Shown here in pieces: positions 56,847 to 64,000 of a stretch of DNA of 64,000 nucleotides. Both the position numbers and the translations under genes were made by a program. Source of the stretch: Octopus sinensis (Eukaryota); assembly GCF_006345805.1 (NCBI RefSeq), contig NC_043011.1, forward strand, positions 64,988,464-65,052,463, given 5' to 3'. The notes beneath the pieces are model-generated. The model was not told where the DNA came from. It did not search any database and worked only from the letters and a program-made list of their open reading frames with translations. Numbering within the stretch: position 1 is the stretch's first letter; each line of letters opens with the position of its first letter.

Positions 56847-59800
56847 TTACAGATTTATGCTTAAAATAGTGTCGTCTTTCATACTGACCATTTTTGCCAC
56901 TTTTACCCACTTTTTATTAAAACATTCGTTCGACAAAGCCTTCCTCTCTATTCTCATCATCCTTTTCAAGTGGTACTTGAAAATGTTGACGAGAGACTGA
57001 CCAGAGAGGAAGGTGTTTGTTTGCAGTCCTTTCAAACGCGTCCACCACACACATTCTTTCGCCATAGCCATCAGCGTAACGAAAACCGTTTTCCCTTCCC
57101 GTTTAAAGGAAGGTAGTGGAACAATATTCACAATAGACTCGGCCGATAGGCGAGCCTGACCTACACGTGACAACAGCTGTTCGACGAAGGACCACAGCTC
57201 TGACATATCTGGACACTGCACGAGTGCGTGCAGAACGGTTTCGTCGCTCTGACCGCATCTCGAGCAGGTCGGTCCGGTGATGGTTTTCGAACCGTGTCTG
57301 TAGCTCTTCTCTCGAACAGGTAGTGCGTCTCGATAGCACTGCCAAGCCAGGGATTTCTGGAAGTTATCCATAGGCCCCGGCCCGAACGTCGTTCTGAACA
57401 GGCGGGTTAGGAATTCCTCGTCGACGCCCAGGTTTGCCCCGAGTGTGTCGTCGGACCTCCCCTCCACTAGTCCTCTATAGAACGCTTTAGTCGTTTGTAA
57501 GTTGCACAAGTTTGACCCCGGTCGGCAGAGCTGCTGTAGAGCTTGGCGACACTCTCGGTGCCAATCGCCCAGTTTTGGTCTCTTTTTGATCCACGTTTGC
57601 AGTTCGGTCAGTGAGACGAGCTGCGGGAAGTCGCGCCTCACAAACGGCGCCCACACCAGTTCACCGATGAGTTTCCAGAGATGTCGCAGTCTCAGCGCAT
57701 GCCTGCGCATCATCAACCACGGCATGCCCAGTCCTCCATTCAACGGATGTTGACAGCAAATGGACTTCCTCACCATCGGAACGCCACCCTTCCACAGGAA
57801 GCGGAAGAGTATGCGTTCCAGTTTGGTGATGGTGGCGTCGGGACAAGGTACGACGGTCAGGTGGTAATCGATGACGGATGCGATGTACGCGTTCGCCACA
57901 TCCGCCCGGCCTTTTAGAGACAGCTTTCTCTCGGCCCATGTTTGGCTGAGAGCGACCACTCTACTCGTGATCTCGTCCCAGTTCTTATCCATTTGGAGGT
58001 CCGGACTGAACCAGACCCCGAGCAATTTAACCGGTCCGTCCGTCCAGCGTCCCACTACTGAGCCGCAGTCGGACGGCATGGGCTTGCTTCTCCAGGTGCC
58101 GAGTAGCAAACCCACTGACTTTTCCGGGTTAATCTTTGCTCCCGTCACCGTTTCGTATTTTCTTAGTGTCTCGCCTATCATCTTGATGTGTTTGTCGCTC
58201 GACACTATGACGGTGACATCGTCCGCATATGCCGACACGCTCGTCCCGCAACCCAGTTCCCGTGGGATGCCCCTCAGTGTCGCCAGCTTCCGCAGTAGCG
58301 GCTCCAGAGTCAATACATACAGAAGCGCCGACAGGGGACACCCCTGACGGACCGAACGCGTGATGTCAAACGGTTTCGACAGGTGACCGTTCACCCGAAT
58401 CACCGATCGGATGCCGCTATACAAGGCAGCGATCCAACCGTGGAAGACGGGACCGAAGCCAGCCGCCCTGAGGACGGCCGCCAAGTACCGATGGTCGACC
58501 CTATCGAAGGCTTTAGACTGATCCGAATTTATCAGCGCCCCACCCATGCCAGGATCCTTAACTACCCTGTCCACAATGTAGCGCATCAGATGGAGGTTGT
58601 CATGTATGGTTCTGCCCGGCACGGCGCATGTTTGCGCCCTGTCGACCAGTTTACCAATGACAAGCGCCAACCTCTCGGCTATTACTTTGGCCAAAATTTT
58701 CAAATCTGCGTTGAGCAGAGTGATGGGCCTGAAATTATCTATAAAATTCCCCTTGTTTGAGTCTTTCTTCAGCAACGTCACTGCACCTCGGCTCACGAAA
58801 CTGGGGATTCTCCCGTTTTGTTGCCAGTTACAGTAGACTGATGCCAGGAGGTCGCCAAACAAGTCTGGCATTCGACAATACAGCTCGTAGGGTAAACCAT
58901 CCAATCCAGGCGACTTATCCCTCGCGCAGCCCGCCAACGCATCCCACACGTCAGCGGCTGTGATGGGACTTTCACAACACTCCGCTTCTCTTGCCGAGAG
59001 CCGTGGCAGGTCGGTCATGTAGGCACTGGAATCCATCCCTCGTTCCGACCCACCACTCGCACCAAACAGTCGAGCACAGTGCTGTTGAAAGGCCTCACAC
59101 ATCCTTTCGGGTTCGAGTAAACTGCATCCCTGTTGATCTATTAGAGACCGAATGGTTGATCTGTTGCCACGCTGCGCCTCCGCTACCCGGGCCTCTCGCG
59201 CAGCTTCAATCCCTTCGTTCCTTAAGGCACGCATTTTAGCTCTGACGACGCAACCTTCGTGCTTGGCGTTGAGGTGTTGGTCGAGGGCCATCCTCGCAGC
59301 CAGCACGTTGGTTGCGCTGCCAGTGGTAAGTGCCTCTTCTAGTTTCTTAACTAAGTCTCCCCCTACTCTATTTCGTTCTATCGCTAATTCCTTGCTAAAC
59401 CTAATTGATTCCGATTTTATTGCTATTTTCAGGGCGTACCACCAGCGGTTGTTAACGACCGCTCCCGTCAGCGCCCTCTTAATTAACTCGCTAATCCTGT
59501 TCCTGTAAACCTGTCGCGCTAACAGCGACGTGTTCAGTTTCAAGTAACCGGGACCCTGCCTATGTGTTTTATCTAAGTCGAGCGTACACGTAACAAATTT
59601 GTGATCTGTGTAGCTGACTATTTTAAATTGTGGACATCCTACACTATCCCTATCAGGTGTCCTGCATAGAATTCTATCTAGATAAGATCTCGACGATCCG
59701 ACGCGGTTTGTCCAAGTCCACGTTGGCACGTTCGGATGGTCGAGTCGGAACCTGTCAGACAAATGGAAACGTCTGAGCAGGTCTTTGAGGTTCTTACACC

Positions 59801-60290
59801 CCCTTCTATTCCTATCCCTTCCCACATAATCTAGATGCGTGTCCAAGGTAGCGTTCCAATCCCCTACTAACAGTAAAGGTCTAGACGTACCCAGGAAAAC
59901 CTCTAGACGTCTGAAGAAATCCGCCCGACTCGTTAAGGACGGTGCATAAACTGCCATCAGACGGAATGCACACCCATTTCTGCCATCCACGTCCAAGACA
60001 ACCAGCCTACCCTCCGGGTCTAGGAATATTGCTCTTACTTTTACCTCTAGACTCTTTCGAAAAAGCACTGCAGTACCTCCACCACCCATGTTCGGCAGAG
60101 AGGGAGAAAAATAAACGTCAAATTGATTGCCAAACATGGACTCGAGGGCCCGCAGCTTACTGAGTCTGGTTTCACTGATAGCTACGATATCCACGTCCAG
60201 TGACTTGATGTCGTTTAGAAGGTAACCTTGCTTCCAAGCCGACGCCAAGCCACGCGCATTCACACAACCTAATTTAAGCATACTTGACAT
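56847..60290 (-). CDS. Tx1/L1-clade LINE ORF2 (APE endonuclease, reverse transcriptase, zinc finger), uninterrupted 1147 aa
   Basis: CVNARGL, SET, GDWN, YLDRI, TDH; KAFDRV, RQGCPLS, YADD; CSRCGQSDETVLHALVQC. Confidence 0.95.
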   Translation of the reverse strand: MSSMLKLGCVNARGLASAWKQGYLLNDIKSLDVDIVAISETRLSKLRALESMFGNQFDVYFSPSLPNMGGGGTAVLFRKSLEVKVRAIFLDPEGRLVVLDVDGRNGCAFRLMAVYAPSLTSRADFFRRLEVFLGTSRPLLLVGDWNATLDTHLDYVGRDRNRRGCKNLKDLLRRFHLSDRFRLDHPNVPTWTWTNRVGSSRSYLDRILCRTPDRDSVGCPQFKIVSYTDHKFVTCTLDLDKTHRQGPGYLKLNTSLLARQVYRNRISELIKRALTGAVVNNRWWYALKIAIKSESIRFSKELAIERNRVGGDLVKKLEEALTTGSATNVLAARMALDQHLNAKHEGCVVRAKMRALRNEGIEAAREARVAEAQRGNRSTIRSLIDQQGCSLLEPERMCEAFQQHCARLFGASGGSERGMDSSAYMTDLPRLSAREAECCESPITAADVWDALAGCARDKSPGLDGLPYELYCRMPDLFGDLLASVYCNWQQNGRIPSFVSRGAVTLLKKDSNKGNFIDNFRPITLLNADLKILAKVIAERLALVIGKLVDRAQTCAVPGRTIHDNLHLMRYIVDRVVKDPGMGGALINSDQSKAFDRVDHRYLAAVLRAAGFGPVFHGWIAALYSGIRSVIRVNGHLSKPFDITRSVRQGCPLSALLYVLTLEPLLRKLATLRGIPRELGCGTSVSAYADDVTVIVSSDKHIKMIGETLRKYETVTGAKINPEKSVGLLLGTWRSKPMPSDCGSVVGRWTDGPVKLLGVWFSPDLQMDKNWDEITSRVVALSQTWAERKLSLKGRADVANAYIASVIDYHLTVVPCPDATITKLERILFRFLWKGGVPMVRKSICCQHPLNGGLGMPWLMMRRHALRLRHLWKLIGELVWAPFVRRDFPQLVSLTELQTWIKKRPKLGDWHRECRQALQQLCRPGSNLCNLQTTKAFYRGLVEGRSDDTLGANLGVDEEFLTRLFRTTFGPGPMDNFQKSLAWQCYRDALPVREKSYRHGSKTITGPTCSRCGQSDETVLHALVQCPDMSELWSFVEQLLSRVGQARLSAESIVNIVPLPSFKREGKTVFVTLMAMAKECVWWTRLKGLQTNTFLSGQSLVNIFKYHLKRMMRIERKALSNECFNKKWVKVAKMVSMKDDTILSINL

Positions 60291-60347
60291 TTACGAAAAT
60301 TGTGTTTTACACACTATATTAGAAGAAACAAGAGGCAAGAAGTGAGG

Positions 60348-62112
60348 TCACTTACTCATTTCAAAAGTTTCATTTTTTTCTTCTTCTTCTTTTGTATTGT
60401 TTTTGATGAGGTGTTTGTAGAGTTTTTTCGACAGGTATCGTTGATACCCGCCTACCGCATTCGGAAATATTGTTTTCAGTATGTGGTGTTGTGCTTGTGT
60501 TATGTTTAAAATTCTGATGTGTTTCGGTGGTGTGGTGTGCGGATGATTGTTTGTCTTAAAGTCATCTTCACAGACGACCATGTTAGATTTGATGTAGTCC
60601 ATTAATTCTTTATTGTCTGTGTCTATTGCAATTAGTTGTGTGTGTGGTTTTACGGGTTCATTACTTTTTTGATTGTCTAGGGGGATGTTGTCCTGAGTTA
60701 GATATCTCCCTGATTTACTTCCTTGTTTGGTAGATTTTTTGGATCTTTTTCTTTTACCCCCTGTGGCTATTTGCCATTCCGTCGAACTTTCGTCGTCCGA
60801 CGTATCAGTATGGGGTAGAGGCAAAACATTTGCATTACTATGTATGCTTGTATAAATTGTTGATGTTTTGTGCGGTGTTTGTGTTGTTGTGGTGTTAGGA
60901 GTAGCATTTGTCTTCTCGTCACTGTTTTCTGTCTTTTTAATTGTCGTCCTGGGTGTGGGCGTGGGTCTATTTTTTGTTAATTCAACAGGTTTATTTGGTT
61001 GTGAAGTCAACGGTGATTGTGTTGGTACTGTTTTTCTTGGTGATGTTGTTGGGGTTTGTTTGCTGGTTTGTTGTTTTTCTTGGCATTGTTCTATAATTGA
61101 GTGTGTTGGTGTTGGTGTTGGCAACAAAGGGATTTTATTTGTTTTCTGATTTGTTCTTTCTTGTTTTTTCTGTACCAGATCGCACTTGGCAATCAAATGT
61201 TCGGGGCTGCCACATTTGTAGCATCTAGGCTCTTTGCCTTCTGCCATAACATATAGGCATTGCCCATTCTCCAAGTATAACTTGTCGGGTAGGCTCTCGA
61301 TAGAGGCCCCCTCAATCTGGATGGTCACCACTACTGTTTTTCCACCCCAATTGTCGTTTAGGTACACGGCTGTTTCCAAAATATTGATCTTTTTCAAGTG
61401 GTAACAGATTGCCCCTGTTATCCATTTGTTCGGCATATCGGGGGGTACATTTCTGATAGTAATTCTACTCACCCTCTGGTTTTTATAATAAGGGACCATG
61501 ATGATTTCATCATTTCCCAGAGACTCAGTAGAGTGAGCTTTTGCCACTTCCTGGTTAGGGAAGCGGACCACTACTGTGTTAAACAGGGGACCCCAGTTTA
61601 TGTACTATTTTTCTTTCATTATGTTTTTTAAACATTTCTCCACATCAGTTTTTGTAATCTGTTCATTTGGTTTTTTTGTTTTTTCTAATAATTTTATATA
61701 CAATTGTCTTATTTTCAATTTCTTGTTTTATATGTTGAGGTGTATGCAGCACTAAATCTTGTCCACGGGTTGTAAAGAGAGCTCTTGTCTCTATGAGCTC
61801 TTCATTTGTAAATGTCACAATTTCCTTCTTCTGGCGAAGAATGTCTGCGAAATTTACTGATGTTGTTGATTTTTTTGTATTAACATCTTCACTATTAGAT
61901 AGTTCATTTTTATTGTTGTTCTTGTTGTTGCTGTTGTTTTTGTCAATAGTTTTCGTTTCAGTTTTATTTTTATTATTTATGTTGGTCGTGGTAGTGGTGG
62001 TGGTGGTGGTGGAGGTGGTGGTGGTAGCAGTTGTTGTCTCGTCGTTGCTGTTGTTAGTGGTGGTGGTGGCGGTGGTGACAGGGCTGTTAACGCACGTGGT
62101 TGCAGCGTTCAT
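60348..62112 (-). pseudogene. Tx1 LINE ORF1 (gag-like CCHC knuckle), broken around 61571-61663
   Basis: CYKCGSPEHLIAKC; split into ORFs 61663-62112 and 60348-61571 near A-homopolymers. Confidence 0.85.
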
Positions 62113-62496
62113 TTCACCGAATTTTACGTTTGCATTTTCCGTGCGAACGTTCTTTTTTTTTCTATCGTTTCCAGACTAGGAAAATGTTGTTCCATAAAAG
62201 AACGCGATCAGCGTTCAACAATAAAATTCTAGACATTTTCTAATGTCGAGAATAAAATTACAGAAATGAAATGGGGTCGAAACTGCCCCTAGGGGCGAAT
62301 TCCTCCCTTGGAAAAGCACTCAAACGAAAGTTGGTTGCTTTACACACCTTATTTGCAAAAATCTACACACAAATTGGCCTATATATAGTCAAAATAAATG
62401 ATTACCTTCGGAGCTGAACTGACATCACATCCGTCAATAGATAGATAGAGAGATAGATAGATAGATATATATATATATATAGATAGATAGACAGAG

Positions 62497-62607
<111 letters not shown>

Positions 62608-62951
62608 AAAATAGATAGATAGATAGATAGATATGTAGGCAGGTAGGTAGGTAGATAGATATGATATTTCAATATATAGTTTCAGTCTTGATTGTTTGTA
62701 CGTAAAAAAATTTCACTTATTATTACCATTGACTCTATCTTGAATATTTTTGATTGATACTGAAGCCATTATATCTCCGACTGTTTTTGAAGTTACAAAT
62801 TTTAGAACGCTTGAAGCAGAGCAAGGAACAGTGTTCAGATGTTTACTTCCTTCCCCACTTCTCGTCACAGAATTCCAATACTTGACATTTGTTGAACCAA
62901 TAAGAATTTGAGAATAAGGAAAACGAATCGTTATTCCATGATAACGTTTAT

Positions 62952-63020
62952 TTAACAGTAATTTAGTAACATTACAAGGTTAACGCCAAAAAGAGGAATG
63001 GATACACTTTGAATGGTCAT
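62952..63020 (-). CDS. Six-Cys family unit D, terminal exon (MTIQSVSIPLFGVNLVMLLNYC*); rest of the gene expected beyond 64000
   Basis: gttctcttttcag|ATGACCATTCAAAG, identical to the start of the unit B terminal exon; followed by the same mariner-containing intron scaffold. Confidence 0.68.
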   Translation of the reverse strand: MTIQSVSIPLFGVNLVMLLNYC

Positions 63021-64000
63021 CTGAAAAGAGAACAATATACATCTATACATGCACATTCGAAGTAATTCGATATGAATGATACGAAAATGTTACTTTTTAA
63101 AGAATTGTAATTCCCAAAGTGACTGATAACTTGTTGTTAAAAGAAAAATCAAAACTAACAAGTACATATGATCATGTTAGGCAAATGATTGGCGGTAGGT
63201 CAAAACCTCAATCTTATTAAAATATCCCGTGAGAAAATTAAGAATATTCTCCTCACGGAAATTGGTATGACGAGGATATCTCCGTCTTCTGACACCTGGC
63301 AAAAATAAATCAGGTGGAACACGTTACAGAGAAAACCTGATACTGTTTGAAGCAGATCCAGCAGTTTTCCTTGGACGTTAACTAACACTGCATGTGTATT
63401 GTCTTTATCACTTTGACCTAGAGAAAACGGCACAATTCATGCAGTGAAAACACCCCGACAGACCTACTCCCAAGAAGACCAAGGTTGTTTCATTTGCAGG
63501 TAAGTTGATTGATGTAGACTATTGGGAGGGCAAGTAAGTGTGCGTTTTGACTACCTTCAAAACGGCTATAATATCAAAGGAGAGTAAAATGCCAATTAGC
63601 TGTTTTCTGTTGAAAATGCCTATAAACTCATAACACCCAGGAAAAGTGACGAAATGAATTACGAATCAGGAGTAAAATGCTCCAGCACAAGTATCATTGG
63701 TTTCCAAGGTTGCTGCGCTTTGAACTCGTTGATGACCCCATTTATTCTTCTGATTTCTACCCATTTGACTATCATCAATTCCCCTAAGTGTAAAAAGAAA
63801 GTGCTGGGATCATGTATCACACTGATGATGAAGTGATATCCGCTTTTGAAGAAGTTCTTCAGCAACAGGATTATAACTACTTCATCAATGGAATCCAGGT
63901 TGGGAAGCGGGTGGACTGCATTGTTTCACAATAAATTATAGCATTCAGTCTGTGAGCGTTTGAATGTATCATCGTATATTCATCTTCATCACCTAATGTT

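Larger units (their letters stand above)
56550..62440 (-). mobile_element. Near-full-length Tx1 LINE embedded in (TATC)n
   Basis: 5' UTR, ORF1, ORF2, AATAAA, then TATC repeats; (GATA)n at 56225-56550 and 62440-62660. Confidence 0.9.

Overview
Eukaryotic, AT-rich, microsatellite-dense DNA. The SINE and repeat content looks like an octopus (cephalopod) genome; this assignment is inferred from recalled repeats. Almost all ORF-track entries are microsatellite noise or transposon remnants: a near-full-length Tx1/L1 LINE with an intact ORF2, an R4/Dong-like LINE, Penelope-like elements, RTE and CR1 ends, Tc1/mariner copies and SINEs. Hidden among them, and not called as genes by the ORF track because the exons are only 27-100 nt, is a minus-strand tandem array of at least four paralogous units (A-D) of a gene family I do not recognise. 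Each unit has a signal-peptide exon, two exons giving a six-cysteine domain (C-x7-C-x13-C-x8-C-x8-C-x9-C), one or two 27-33-nt linker microexons and a hydrophobic terminal exon (GPI-anchor-like). Unit B can be assembled completely with GT-AG sites and matching phases (113 aa). Unit A has duplicated first exons and a 1-nt frameshift, unit C is 5'-truncated, and unit D continues off the right edge. Several minimal hammerhead-ribozyme motifs, some with a CC-GA core variant, occur in Penelope-derived repeats.
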